Shown in pieces: positions 45,821 through 59,350 of a stretch of DNA of 64,000 bases. Made by a program: the position numbers and the translations under genes. Source of the DNA: Lama glama (taxonomy: Eukaryota). The stretch lies in contig CM052816.1 of the NCBI GenBank assembly GCA_028534125.1, positions 20,028,001-20,092,000 of the forward strand. Direction: 5' to 3'. Each line of letters opens with the position of its first letter. Position 1 is the stretch's first letter. The notes under the pieces are model-generated. The model was given only the letters and a program-made list of their open reading frames with translations. It ran no database searches and was not told where the DNA came from.

Positions 45821-48297
45821 GCTCTGGAGGAGGCTGTGTCTGAACGGCAAGGGTGGGAAGTAAGGAGTTTGGTCGCTGCCTCCTTCCACAGCAGCTACCA
45901 TTGCACATTAGAGTGCAGAAGCTGGGTCCCACTGGCAGAATTCATCTCCCTCATTTATCAGGGAGCTGTGACAGGATACTCACCCGGGCTTTGAAGCAGG
46001 CCTGGCGGCCAGATCTGCAGGTTCAACAGAGCCCCAGCAGGGAATCTTTTAGAAAAAAGTCGCTCACACAGGGCCTGATGGTGGTGACAGGCAGCACGAG
46101 GGCCTGGAAGGCTCCCGTTGTTCCTGAGCATCAGACTGACCCCACCTCCAGTGTTGCTGACAGAGCCATGGCACACAGCCCACAGTGAGGGGTGTCCCTG
46201 AGGAGTCCCTGCTCTACCCTGGCTCCCTGCTCAGGCTGACAGGATAGTGACAACAATGATGGCAGTAGCAAAGTCAGCTCACGTCCCCTGTTTCCTGAGT
46301 GCTGCCTCCAGGCTGGCACAGGTGAAGCCTCATAACAGCTCTATGAGGCAGGTGGTCTCTCTTTTTTTTCCATGTAGTCTTTTTTTTAACGAAAAATCTT
46401 TAAGGTAGAGAGCATTGTATAATGAACCCAATTTCATTCCAGTTTCACAATTATCAAGATTTACTACAATTGTTTTGCTTTTCCTTACTTTCTTTCTCCC
46501 TTCCTTCCTTCTTACCTTTTTTATTTCTCTTTTTAAATATTTTAAAACAAATCCCAGACATCATGTCATCTCACTCTTGCATGCTTTTGTATGTATTTCT
46601 AAACACATGGACATTTCCTTGTGTAACCACAAAGGCATTATCGCAGCCAAAAAAAAAAAAAAAGTCGTAATTCCTTGCTGTTATCTAATACTAGCCTGTG
46701 AGGCAGGTACTTTTACTGTCCCCATTTTCCAGATAAGGAAGGAGAGATTCTGAGAGGACCAGTAACTTGGCCCAAGGTCACACAGCTTGTTAGTGTTGGG
46801 GATGGAATTTGAGTCTGACTTGGTAGCCCACCCTCTAAATCACTCTCTCTGGTCCTCAGTTTCCCTCGATAAAGTGGGGAATAATAATGACTGCCTTACT
46901 CCTTCACCTGGTAATGCCTGAGTGTACCATGTTACTCTTGCTTCCAACAATAACAATGAAAATAGGAATGAGATGAAGCAATCAGAAGAATTGATAGAAA
47001 ATTGATATGATTGCTGAGAACTATGACAATGAAAGAAAACTAAGCTTTGCTGCGTCCCCACTCATCTGTCAGCTCATCCTTATCTCATTTAATCTCTACC
47101 CCAATCCTATATTTCCTGATAGGCAGCTTCATTTTACAAGTGAGGGAACTAGAGGCTCAGAGGGTGGAAGTGTGTCTCCAAATTCAGGCCACTAGTAGCT
47201 GACAGGAGCAGGATTTGGAGCCAGGCTGGTCTCTTGGGAGTGGCAGAAATCCCAAGGGTTGTGTCAGGAGCTGAAGGTGGCTTTGCTAAGGGTTTCAGGG
47301 CATCCTGCCATCACAGGGAATGTGCCTGCTGGGATTACTGCTTGCAAGCAACAGAAATCAGCTTTGGTGATTTGGGGCAGAATAGGAGTATATTGAACGT
47401 ATTGAGATAGTTCACAGAAGGGATTGGAAGGAAGGAGCCAGGCTGGGAAAAAATGGACGTGAAGCAGTCCTGGGGCCTGGAAGGCAGCAACTGCTCAGAA
47501 GCCTCAACTCATCACCACCTGCAAGATGAATTCACTTCTGCCTTTTTCTCTGCTTTGATGTGTTTTTTGAGACCCAGAGACCTAAGAGAAAGCTTCAAGG
47601 GATCCAGCCTGGTGGCACAGCCTCTGCCCTCCATCCCTGGGAAAGCAGGGCACTTTCCTGGAGAGTTCCAGAGTGCTGGGCGGTGCCAGGGCTTTTAAAG
47701 GAGTGAAACAGAGAGGGAGCTGGAGGGGATTCCCCAGAGAGGACTCTGCCTGCTTGGGTTTTCACACTGTAATTTTGTTTCTAGTCCTCAGTGTGTGAGT
47801 CACATGTGAAAGTCTCTTGTTTTGCCAGGCCCGTGTCTGCTGCTGCCACCACCTTCACAGCAGCTGCCACCTCTAGGTAGGAGGCCTAGATCACGGGCAG
47901 GACCCTGTCTACCACTGGGTGCTACAGATATGGGAGCAAAGCATTAGGGACTGTAATCTTGGGGCCCACTGTTGGGGAGGGATTTTCCATCCTTTGCATC
48001 ACTTGCAAATGAAATGCTAATTATATGCAAACAGATGGGTGCCCTCAAAGCCCAGCGGCTGTTAAGAGTTGAAGGGAGGGGACCTGGCTCTGGCTGCTCT
48101 GTGCCTTCCAGAAAATACTCAACCTAGCTTGCCCCCAGGGAGAGCCCCGGCTTTGGTCAGTTCCACTGCCACCTTCTTCTAGAAATGGGCCCTGGCCGCA
48201 GCTAGAGTCTGTACCCCGGGCACTAAGTACTCCCTGAGGGGCCTCAAATCCTTGTGAGAAGTAAGTGGAGCATAAAGTTTAAATTAAGAAATAAAAA

Positions 48298-48420
48298 GGG
48301 GAGGAGGGTATAGCTCAGTGGTAGTGTGTGTGCTTAGCATGTACGAAGTATCTCCGTTAAAAAAACCAAAACTAATAATAAATAAATAGACCTAACTACC
48401 TCCCCCACAAAAACAAACAA
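48298..48420 (+). mobile_element. vic-1-like SINE with internal deletion of the B box
   Basis: GGGGAGGAGGGTATAGCTCAGTGGTAG...CTTAGCATGTACGA|AGTATCTCC followed by the same A-rich/CCTAACTACCTCCCCC tail as the 15.5 kb copy. Confidence 0.75.
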
Positions 48421-50129
48421 GGCCTATTTCCCCTCCTCGCCCTTCCCTCTCACTGGCTTCTCTCTATGAAGCTCCATTTCTCCTCAGCCTCAGAATATTA
48501 CCCGCACTGGGGCAGCCCCAGCAGCTTCTGACTTTTTAGCTCATCACGGCTGTAGGATCTGAGCCTGGAGCCCGGCCTGGCTTGCCCACTGCTCCCAGAC
48601 AGACATAGGCCTGGGAATCACAGGCCCTCAGCACAACTTTGAGTGCACTGCAACCCACCTGGGTTGTTTTCCTGTCCTTTGTGGACCAAAACTTGGCCCC
48701 TTGGGACTCTTCTCCCTCCTCAGTGCCTCAGTTCCTCTGGGTGAGCCTCCAGGAGAGAGGGTAGGTGCTGGGCTGGCCTTGGGCACTATGAGCTAAACCC
48801 CCTACCTGTGCAGGCTGCATGCAGATAGCTTCAAGGACCAGATCGGGCCGCATTCATGCAAGAAGCCTCAGGGCCGTGGGGCCAAAGAGCTTCACGTAAC
48901 GAAGATGGGGCTGGTGGTCAGGACCACACAGGGCACCATTACCTGTCCAGGCCCAGAGGAGTGGAGGGTGAGAGGGGAGCAGTGTCAGAGGCTGGCAGAG
49001 GACTAGTCCAAGAAAAAGAAATCCTTGTGTTGGCAAGACCTGTTCTGTGAGGGTCTCCGTGAGAAAGTCCTCAGGAACCTGAACCATAGTTGTACACATC
49101 TATTTGCACATTTTGTATACCGAGACCACTGTATATCTAGATCACCGTCTCTTCTGTGGCTGTGAGCCTCCTTCTGGACAAACACACTGCTTCTCCTGTC
49201 CTCCCCACCACCCTGACGAGCACCCCGAGGCCTGCTTGCCAGCAGCCCCTCCACAGGTGTGGACATGTAGAGCGGCAGGGACCACGCACTCTCGAGCCAC
49301 TGGAATGACCTCTCCCGGATGAACCAAGCAGGGCCGTGGGCTTCCGGGAAGGGGTGGCTTCCCTAAGCTTGTGCCCAGCTGCCACTGGAAACACCCTCAC
49401 TGTTTCATCAACTGAAGATGTATTTAAAAGAGTTCTGTGTTGTGGCTGTTCTGGGAGAAGTACTTGAGGATCTAATTTTAAAAGCCCCTTTCACCGCCTG
49501 GACCCTCAGCGCGTTGCCACAGAGATACTTTAGAAGCAAAACAGAGCTAAATGAGCTTGGTCGTGCCTTTGTGATCCTGAATGTTTTCCATTCTGAGCCC
49601 TTAACATATAATTAAAGATTATTTAGTGTAGACTTTTTCTTTTATTGTAAATTAATTTCAAAACCAAGTTTTGAGGTTAAATAATGATTGCATTTGTTAA
49701 TCAATCCAACCTGGATTTTCTTCCAAAAGCAAACTGGATACTGTTGTCAAAATGTTGGAAACGGGATGTTTGAGAACTTGGGGTTTCACTGACTGCAGTG
49801 GCGTTAAGGCTCCTGAAAGTGTGACTGTGTGTTGATGTCTTTTCACTAGGCAGGGATGTGCTTTGGGAAGAGGTAAAACTAAGGATGTTGATGGCATATG
49901 TTCTGGGGACCGTGAACCTCTGGCTATGGTCTGGGTCCCAGGAAATTCACCGCTCCCTGAGAGGGGGCTGTCAGCCCCTTGGCCAGGCCTCAGTGCACCT
50001 GCTGGAGAGCGCATAGGTGTCCACCCAAACACAGTGAGGTGGGTGAGGCCCTGGGACAGGCGAAATTGGCTTGCAGCTCCTTGTGCCTCCCAACTCCAGT
50101 CTCTGTCAGAGAGACTTCTGATGTTTTCC

Positions 50130-50355
50130 TCCGGGTTTCTCAGTCTCGGCACTATTGCCATTTCAGCCAGGTAATCTTTGTTGCAGGAGGTGAGTTGTCC
50201 TGTGCATTTTAAGGTGTTTAGCCACATCATTGACCTCTACCCACTAGACACCAGCAGCACACGTGCACCCCCCCCCACTTTCGTGAAGCCAAAAGTGTCT
50301 CCAGGTGTTGTCAAATATCCCCTTAGGGACAGAATTACCCCCAGCTGAGAACTGA
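50130..50355 (+). mobile_element. MER20 hAT-Charlie DNA transposon
   Basis: GGTTTCTCAGTCTCGGCACTATTG..GTCCTGTGCATT..CTCTACCCACTAGA..GTCTCCAG..CCCAGCTGAGAAC. Confidence 0.8.
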
Positions 50356-50832
50356 GTTAAAACATAATACACATTCATGGTAGAAAATGAGATAAAAATA
50401 ATCTACAATTTCAGTATCCAGAGTTAACCCCTGTTAAGTTTTCGACGTACTTCTTCCAGACTTTCTTTTCCAAGCGGATAAGGATTTTTGCTTTTTCCTG
50501 GAACCGAGGCCACACAGTGTACTGGTTTGTCACTTGCCAAGCCACGGATGGCACAGTGGCTGACTTCCCTTGCAGCCAGATCTACTCTGCTGCACCTCCC
50601 CGCAGACTCGGCTGGAAGCACCCCTCTTCAGTATGGCAGCTGAGGGGCCTGGAAGAGTGGTGTCAAGCCCACCAGGATCTCATCTTAAGCTTTAAGGGTC
50701 ACATAGGTAATAGGACAAACTTCAAAATGTGCAAATAGATGTGTACAAACTGTTTCCTTTCCACCCCTCTCCTGTCCATCCTTTCTCAGACGCAGCCTTT
50801 GCTGTCTCTCATATTCAGTCTCAGAGATGGTC

Positions 50833-50978
50833 TGTGCTGTCTAGAACACAGGTGCCTATTGAGCACTTAAAATGGACTAGTGTGCTGAGGGGCTGCATTT
50901 TAAGTTAAATTACATTTAAATTAATTTGAATGTAAATAGCCACTTGTGGCTAGTGGCAAGCTTCTTGATAGCGCAGCT
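50833..50978. mobile_element. MER3/MER33-like DNA transposon fragment
   Basis: TATTGAGCACTTAAAATG..TAAATAGCCACTTGTGGCTAGTGGC..GATAGCGCAG. Confidence 0.65.
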
Positions 50979-53900
50979 CTAGTCCCTGGGCCCTGGCAGC
51001 CTCTCGCAGCTCCCTGGAGCCCCTGGGAGTGGGAGGGGATGGCAGTCTGGGATCACACAGCCCTGATCTACAAGCACCTCAGTGGGGCTGGAGCTGCAAA
51101 CTGCAGGGAAGTAACAGCTACTCTCTAGTGAGGCAGGGAATTCCAGCTAGGGGACATTAAAAGGTTTCCCGCAGTGCTTATCACAATAGGGAAAGGCCAA
51201 CAGGAGAAGGGCAGCCACAGCCATTTTCTACCCCTCTCTGCAGGGTTATGGCCCAGCAGCCATCAGTCCCTCAGGGGAGGGCTCAATCCTCTCTGGGAAC
51301 AGGGAAAAGGGCCCTCACCCCAGTTCCCTCAGGACTCTGTGGGTGCAGGGCTCTGCCCTGCATGGAGGCCTTTTCTCTCCTACCCAGACCTGCATTCTGA
51401 GTTTGACATGAGACACACTGATGGAGCTCTGGAGTACCTGCTGCCGCCGATTCTGCGAAGTCTGAAGTCTGGGAGGTCTGGTCAGGCCCTGTGAAAAGAC
51501 ATCACCAGTAACCTGGGCAATTACAAGTCTGTAGTGCTTGGGCCGAGATGGGATTCTCAGCTCTGCCTCAGCCTAGAGTCCTGCAGCCGGGCCTGTTTCC
51601 CTGAGGGCATGCTGGACACACACGCAGGGCTACCATGGAACAACTCTGGGGACGCCATTCACATGGGACACGTGTGGCCAGGCTGGGGACACAGGTGGAT
51701 GCATTTGTGTCAGTCTTGTCACCATGCACACCTTTCTCACCACACTTCAGTACCCCCAATACACGAAAACCCAACTTGACTAAAAATGACAAGCAGCCTT
51801 ATTGCCCACTCTTGGAAACTCGTGGCTTCCCTTAGGGCATTTGAAGTGGGTCCCATTCACATCGAACTTCTCAGGACCATACTCAGCTCTAGCAAGTGAG
51901 GTGCACCCATGTGCCGATGACTCACTTGTACATTCAGGCTTGCCAAGGGCCAGGGCAGCTGCTGTTCTCGACCACACAGATCTCTGGTAGACTTACGAAT
52001 CCACAAATCACCTTTATTCCCTGGAAGGATGATTGAGCACTAGATTGAAAGAAGCCTTTGCTGCAAGTGTCTTTGGTCTAAGCTAGAAGCCATCATACGG
52101 AAACTCCAGCTGTTCTACTGGTCCCCGAAAAGTGGTAAGGGTTGCAAGCAAGAAAGACTTGGATGCCAATCTGTGATCATCTAAGCCCCAGTAGCGAACT
52201 TACTGAACCACATGGCAAACAACAAGTATAGTACCTTTGTTCCTTCCTTGTGGGGGGCCAGTGGGGGTTGTTGGGAGGAATTGGTGTACATAGGAGGCTC
52301 TAGCATCTGTGTTGGAGATCACCCCCAGAAAACTGCACGTCTCTAGGTGAGGAAATGGAGCCAGAAACATCAAGACATTACCCCAGGATTTAACAGCGTA
52401 AGGGGCAAAGCTGGGACTCCAACCTTGGTCTTCCAAGCCTGGCCCCCGTCTGGGAGCCCTCCTGCACACAGCTCCCTCTCCAGAACAGAGAGAAGCCCAA
52501 GACAGTGACTCAGGACATGCTCAGTAGTTCTGCTGATCAATTTTTTGTTTTGAAGTGAGATGTTCTGCCGCTATTAAAGTCTTTAGGAAATTATAGTGAT
52601 TTTGACTTTTTCAGACATGTTTGAATTACTCACAGTCTGGAATTCCTAGGCAGGGGGTGAGACCCAGAGAGCTGCGGAGAAGTTAGGGGCACAGGATCTG
52701 GGGTCAGATAGAAATGAGTTCAAATCCCTACTCTGCCACGTACCAACTGTGTGAGTTAACTGCTCTGAGCCTCTGTTGCCTCATCTGGTTTCATTAACCA
52801 GTACCAGCGTTTAGTTCAAGAGTTGCTGAGGGACTAAACGAGGTAGTAAGCAGAGAATGGTTGGCTCCCAGGAGGCTTGAAGAAATGGGCTTTGGGGTTA
52901 TTTCTTGATTGAGCAGGGAGGCTGGGGTCTTGCTCTGCAAACACAGAATCAGCTTGCACTGAAGCCTGAAGTAGAGCCTGTTCGGCCTTATGGATCATGA
53001 GCAGGGCTGTCTGAGTTCAAATCCCAGGTCTGCCACTGACCTCGGGCCAAAGGACTTGCCCTCTCCGAGGCCATTTCCCTGAAGGAAAAAGAAATGTGGA
53101 TGACTACTGTGTAGGTCTATTGCAGGGACTGCATGTTCAGTGCTTAGAATTGGTGCCTGGCATACAGTTGGTGCTCATGGATGAGTTTATCACCGTCCCT
53201 ATTCTTTCTGTCTGTACCTGTGTTTCCGGCAGGGCAGCAACGGCTCATGTCTGTAGAGGTAGTGGGAGAGTTTCCATAGCTCTTTTTCTGCCAAATATGG
53301 TGTGAATTTGAGCTTTTCTTGTTCAGTATGTGGCTAAGCCTTTGCCCAGGCTGTTCCATTGCTAAGAAGCCCCTTACTCCTCCATCCCGGCCAGCAAGGC
53401 TGTGGGAAAAATGCGAAGAACTTTCCTGATCTAACCTATCAGAAACATTAATTGAACATTCCACCAATATTTACTGAATGCCTACTCTGTCCAAACACTG
53501 TGCTAGTGTTAACCTCTCCATTCTTTTTTCTCAGCCCATTTCTGTACTTGAACACTTGTGTATTCCACCTTAGGCTGTAGCATTAATTTTCTCTCTAGAT
53601 TTTAGAGGGCAAAGGGCCTTATAACCTGCATAGGGTCCAGGGCCAGTTTGTACCCCAGCATCTTCTCTGTCTGACTTTTCTCCCTGAGCACAGACCCACC
53701 CAAGGGGCAGATGTGTCAGTCTCCCATCCCCAAGCCAACGGCCGATAGATCTGAGCATGCTCAGAAGGACTGCGGGGTACCACCACCCAGCTGGGGATTC
53801 AAAGCCCTTGAGAGGTAGCCCCCAAAGGAAGATGAAGGCTTTAAACTGTTATTGTAAGTGTGTCTTCTCTTCGTGGGTTGCATGGAGATCAAAGCCCGAA

Positions 53901-55309
53901 GGAAGTAGAAAGTTGCTCTCTGACAAAAACACCATATTTTTAGAAGTGCTTGGTGGTTTAGGATGTTTGCCCCAATGCTGCCTTTCAGTGGCAGGGGGTG
54001 GGGCTGGGGGTGGGGGCCAAGGGATGCGACCTCAGGCTGAGGGTTGCTGAGAGTGGGTTTCCTGGCAGCAGAGGGCCTAAGGGTGGAGGCTGAGGGTGGG
54101 AAGTCCATCATCACATATCTTTCCTGAAGACCAGAGCCCCCAGGCCATATACTTGGCGGGTGGGCAAGGCCGGGAGAGTCTGAGAGGCCTCTGGCTCCAT
54201 CTCTTTTCAGACATGGGAGCACGAAGGCCCAGAGAAGAGCAGAGGATTTGCCAGCCCCTCCCCCCTTCTCCATCTGGGGATTTGGGACTTGTATGCATGA
54301 AACCCTTAGAGAACAATGCATGCATTCTGTAATCAGAGCTAATTGGTGTGGTTCAGATGAGGAGGAGGAATGCTAGGCTTTTGGGGGCAGGACATCAGTG
54401 GGTTTCTGAATCAACTGCCCATGAAGAGTCCATGGAGAATTAGAATAGCTCACGGGGTCTGGGAAGGGTAAAACTTGGGTAGGTGAGAGGATGGCCCGGC
54501 AGCATGGGCAAGAGCTGGGAGGTGGAAACTCCCTGGGCCTGAACATGGGGAACAATGGGAGACGTGGCAGAGGCAGGAACGAGACAGGAGGGGACCTGCT
54601 CACACTCCCGGCGATCAGAGTCTAAGTTCTGTTGAGCCTCAGTTTCAAAGGTGACTGGGAGAGGTGAGCTGGCTGCTCCCCACACCCAGAGGGGAGCAGA
54701 GGCACGTAGGGGGGCTGCCCAGCCCTCCCCATCTCTCCCCAGTGCCTCTACCTTATAATCAGGGTGGCCCTTCCTTCATGTTTATGCCAAAATCCCAAAC
54801 AGCCAAGGCTGGGCTGGTGAGCTGTAATTTATATCATTTTTCATATGGGTTACAGGCTCCGAAGGCTCAGACTCCTTCAAGTGGGAACCACATTGCAGCA
54901 GGGCAAACCAGTGTTAAGAAATCTGGTCCCAGGGAGCCGCCTGCTTCTCATTTGGGATGTGCCTATGTTGACTGTTTGTTTCCAGGGCCCAGCTGGTTGG
55001 GAGAGAGGGCAGGGTGGCCATGGATCACTACCCTTGCCAGGAGTCCCTGACAAGGCTGGGGTGAGTCTCTGTTGTGAGTCCTGCCAGCCTCCTGTGTGCC
55101 CCACTGTGAAGCCCTGCAGAGGAAGCTGTGAGCACACTGCTCTTTGTCCTCACCTGTCCCCACAGAGCAAAGCCAGCTGGAGACAGCCGAGTCTGGGAGA
55201 GCCTGTGGGGGGCCTGGCACCCCAGGCTAACTGTGGGGAGCGAGGGCTCTGGGCTCCCCCAGGCACTGCTGGCAAACCGAGAGGCAGTGCACGGAAGTCG
55301 GCCAGGAGG

Positions 55310-55700
55310 CCAGCTGCAGTGAAGATACATGAACCGTGGCTACACACGAGGTGGCTGGATCTTAAACACGTGGCACTGAGCGAAAGAATATGAATGATAA
55401 ATTCCACTCATATACAGTTCAAAACCAGGTACAGTTATTCTGTGATGTTAGAGGTAAGCTTAGGAGATAAAACTAGAGTTGTAAGTAAAGACCCTGGAAG
55501 TTGGGGTGGTGGTAAATTGAGTGAGGAGGGAGGGGACAGGATGGGGTTGTGGGGAAGGAGGGGATCCTGGGGGCAGGCTGTGTTCTAGCTCTTGATCCTG
55601 GAGGCGACCACAGGAGTGTTCACTGCCATCAATCATTGTGCTGTACATGTATGCTTTATGGACTTCTGAGTGGGCTATCTCTCACAATAAAAAGGGCTAA
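55310..55700 (+). mobile_element. Old L1ME-like 3' UTR fragment
   Basis: GGATCTTAAACAC..CTGAGCGAAAGAA..ATTCCACTCATATACAGTTCAAAACCAGG..CAATAAAAA. Confidence 0.5.
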
Positions 55701-56052
55701 GAAAACAAAGTCAGAGGGCACCGAATGGCTGAGCACTCGCTGCCCTCCTCCATCTCACTTCCGTCCTCAGGGCCCTGGAACACTCTCTTTCTCGCCCCTC
55801 AGCAGTCAGCCCCGCCCCACTTGTCTTACCCAGGCTGGGTCAGGCCCAGGCCTTCCCTGTTGCTGATGGAGTCACAGACCAGGGGGACTTCCTGATCCCC
55901 AGAGAGCTCTGAAGCCTGGGGGGCTATGGGGCACCCTTCTCAGTAGCCCTGCCACTCTGGGCCTAGCCCAGCACTGGGTCCTGGATCAACTGGCAGGACT
56001 TTCCTGGCTCTGAGAGGCTCCCCACGGTCCCTCATCAGGTCAGGAGTTGTCA

Positions 56053-56563
56053 TGTTACCAGGAAAAGGAAAATAAGAATTACCTCGGTTCTCAGTCATCA
56101 AAAAAAAAAAAACAATTTTTGATGAGAGACAAAAAGCGCGCTATAAGTAAGATTTTTATTAGTGAAGTAAAAAAAAACCAAAAACTAGTGAGAGATAGCA
56201 CACCCCTGAGAATTGGGAGCAGGCCAGTCCAAGAGAGGAAAAATGGTGCTGTTCCTTTGTCTTTCCTGTTTTTATATCCTGGTTTCGTGATTGATCAATT
56301 GATTGACAACTCAGGTTCCCTGTGCTCTGGCATGCCCACCCATTTTGGGCAGGTTTACTGGGTCAAGCTATACCAGGGCCTTCTCTTATGCGCAGCTGCA
56401 GCGTTTTGATTTAACTGGCTTCTTTTACTGGCCCTTATTTAGAGAAAGTAAAACTTTCTGGAGTCCCCCTTCCTGAGTGGAGACATACAGTTATCTTCTG
56501 GGTTGTTCCTTTCCCCTTCCTCTCCCCCTGCCCAGTGCTCATTTCTATCTAAACTGCCAAACA
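56053..56563 (-). mobile_element. ERV solo LTR (ERV1-like, 511 bp)
   Basis: TGT...ACA termini with 4-bp TSD GTCA (56049-56052, 56564-56567); AATAAA on the minus strand at ~56155-56160. Confidence 0.8.
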
Positions 56564-57029
56564 GTCAGAGCTGCCTGTACATCCCTGCCTCTGTCCCCGC
56601 AGGAACTGCTTGCAGGCTGAGGGGCCAGAGTACCTCTGTGGACGGCCGTCAGGTGGCCTCTGTCAGGGGGCTTGCCGTGGCAACCTAGCTCTCTTTGAGG
56701 GCCACCCTGGGTACCTTCACTGTGAACAGAGGGCAATCTTTAGAACATGTCTAATTTTTGAAGAAAAATCTCTGATCCTCAAAGTTCTGTTTGCTTTTAA
56801 TTTTCTTCAAGGAGAACTATTGATAGAAAGAGGCAGGTGTGGCCTTTTCATGGGTAAAAGGAATCCCTCAAAGTTGGGGCTGAAGGAACCGTAGGAGAAA
56901 ATGAAAAGTGTGGGGTTGAGGTTCCTCGGTGGGAGGGGCTGGTCTTGGGGGCTGGCTGTCTCCACACCCTTAATTTCTGGGAGCAGATGAGTCTCCCCCA
57001 GGCACCTGCCTGGGCCTTGGGGCTCTTCC

Positions 57030-57500
57030 ACAGAACTTTCAGGTGAGAAACTTTCCATTGTTGCCTTATCTCGTGGCAATCCCCGCCTCACCGCCTTGCA
57101 GCGACCACAGGTGTGCGCAGATCTGAGGCCCCGATCTGTTCCATTCTCTTTGTGCCAAACAGAGCGGGGACGCGAACCCCCGGCATGAAACGGCGCCCAC
57201 AACCACAAGGCCCGGTGTGCGCCCTCTGAAACTGTAGGTAAAGACAATTACCGGCAATTTCCACAGCATGGTTTGTTTTTTGTTCAAAGGCCAGGGAGGC
57301 ATTCTCAGCAGTAGGCCCAAAATATAGTATTCCCACCGCATGCCGCCCTCATAAATGTGCGATAAAAGCTGTGGTCGCTTTGTCCCGGCTCTTCCTTTTA
57401 ACAGTCACCCCTTCAAGTTAGATGTTGAAACTGCTTTTTTCTTTATGTGTACTTTGATGGCCCAGATAACGCTCCATGATAAGGAACTGCCTTCAAAACC
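57030..57500. promoter_or_regulatory. Candidate distal TCF7 enhancer (RBPJ/RUNX/GATA/TCF/E-box cluster)
   Basis: More than a dozen consensus motifs in ~450 bp with locally retained CpGs. Confidence 0.6.
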
Positions 57501-59169
57501 ACTCACTGTACCTCGTGCTTACCCATAGGATGCGCGTCACAAGAGAAAATCGGGTGCCCGAACTTATGAGAATTGGGATAGGAATGTGCTGAGTCTGTGA
57601 AATCCTCCTCTCTGCTGCCTGTATTGAAGATTTGGCCAAAAAAGAGAGAGAGAGAGAGAACCAGGGACCAATCAGAAGAGAAAATGGTGGGCCTTGTCCT
57701 AGAAAGAGCTGTTTTCCCACTGGCAAAAGTTGCTAAGAACCTGCGCATTCATGTCCATCAGGTTTCCTTAACCAAAAAAGACTCTGTGAGGCTGATGTTA
57801 ATCGGCCCAGAGAGCTTGGGAATGTCGGTGCTCTCCCGGGGTGGGTGTGGTCTTGAAGGTCTGGATTTATCAGGTGCTGCATCTCCTGTGGTTGAGTTAA
57901 AGCTCTTCCGTTTGTTCATTTGATATTTAGACTCTATCAAGGGCTGCCCACACCTGGAGTCATAACATCACAATAGGAACAGACCCTTGAGTTGTGTAAG
58001 TGGTGGTTGGTTTTTTCACAGCACTTTGATATCCATTATCTCATCTCCCATCCCGTGTAGAAGGTTGACATCAACATGGTGGCCAGCACAAACCCCAGTA
58101 GGGTACTATGCCCATGGTACAGATATGGTTAGAGTGACTAGAGTGACAACTGCAAAAATGCCCCAAGACCAAGAGAGGGTCTTTTCAATGGAGATGTCAT
58201 AATTGTCTCGGCAAAGACCAAGCATTTCCAAAGACCTCTAAGCTTTAGGCTAAAATCAGTGGCTTCCAAATCTAGGAGAGACCATCTTGGCTCCTGACTT
58301 CATTTGTAACTTTGCGCTGTTCCCAGGGACCCCAGAGATCCTCAGCCTGTGAGGCAGAGGGATTAGAGCTGACTTGGATCAGAAAACTGAGGCATGAATC
58401 TGGCTTATCAGCTGTGTGACTTTAGGTGAGTTACTTTACCTCTCTGGGCCTCCGTTTCCTCGTCAGGAAAATACATGTGTCACTGTAAAATCTCTTCAGG
58501 GTCCCTGCTAGGCATGACAGTCTGTGATTTTGTGATTCTATGAATTACCCTGAATTTGCATACACATAACAACTTACAGGTTTCGAAGCACTTTCACATA
58601 ACTTTCAGCAGTTCATTTGATCTCGGCCACAGCTCTGTGGGGTGGGCAGGCAGGCGTACCATATTTTCATATCCCCATTTGAGAGATGGAGAAATTGAGG
58701 TGCAGAAAGATGAAGTGGCTAGCCGTAGGAACTCTGGCAAGCTGGTGCTGGCCAGTACCTGAGCAGACATGTGATTTCTGGACTGTCTCGTGGACAGCCC
58801 CTTCAGTCAGGGATCCCTCCTGGGTTATCCTGGAGGGGACTAAGGAGTCCCAGAGCTTAAGGGTCTAGTTTAGAGTGCCTGGGCCTCTGGGCCTCCTTGT
58901 CATGTGTAGCCCCAGTGGCTGGGCTTCACACAGAACACCTGGCAGCTTTCCAGGAGCTGCTTAGGGAGGCAGCTACAAAGGCCTTCGGAAGCAGAGGCTG
59001 GGGAATCACTGCTCCAGCAGACTCTTCCCACCTCAGACCCTTTCCTGTGTATCCAAACCCCCTGGCTTGGATCACACAGGGTTCTCCTATTGGAATCCCC
59101 TCATTCCTCCTGCCAATTAAATTCTTAGCTATCCTTAAAGCCCAGACCAAAAAGCCCTCCCTTGAGCGC

Positions 59170-59350
59170 TCCACATACATTTTCTTATTTAATCCTCTGT
59201 TTCCTCATCTGTAAAATGGAACAGCAATACCCTCGGTCAACATCATTTATCCCCCACTTTGCAGATGGGGAAACTGAGGCTCAGAGGGTTAAGTCACATG
59301 CTTGAGGTCACACAGCTGGTGGGGGCTGGAGCCAGGATTTGAACCTTATG
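59170..59350. mobile_element. MIR fragments (opposite orientations)
   Basis: TTTCCTCATCTGTAAAATGG followed by CAGATGGGGAAACTGAGGCTCAGAG..AGGTCACACAGCT..GGATTTGAACC. Confidence 0.7.

Noticed and set aside
56564..58330. ERV internal region following the LTR
   Set aside because: The TSD closes directly around the LTR; no primer-binding site or gag/pol similarity seen
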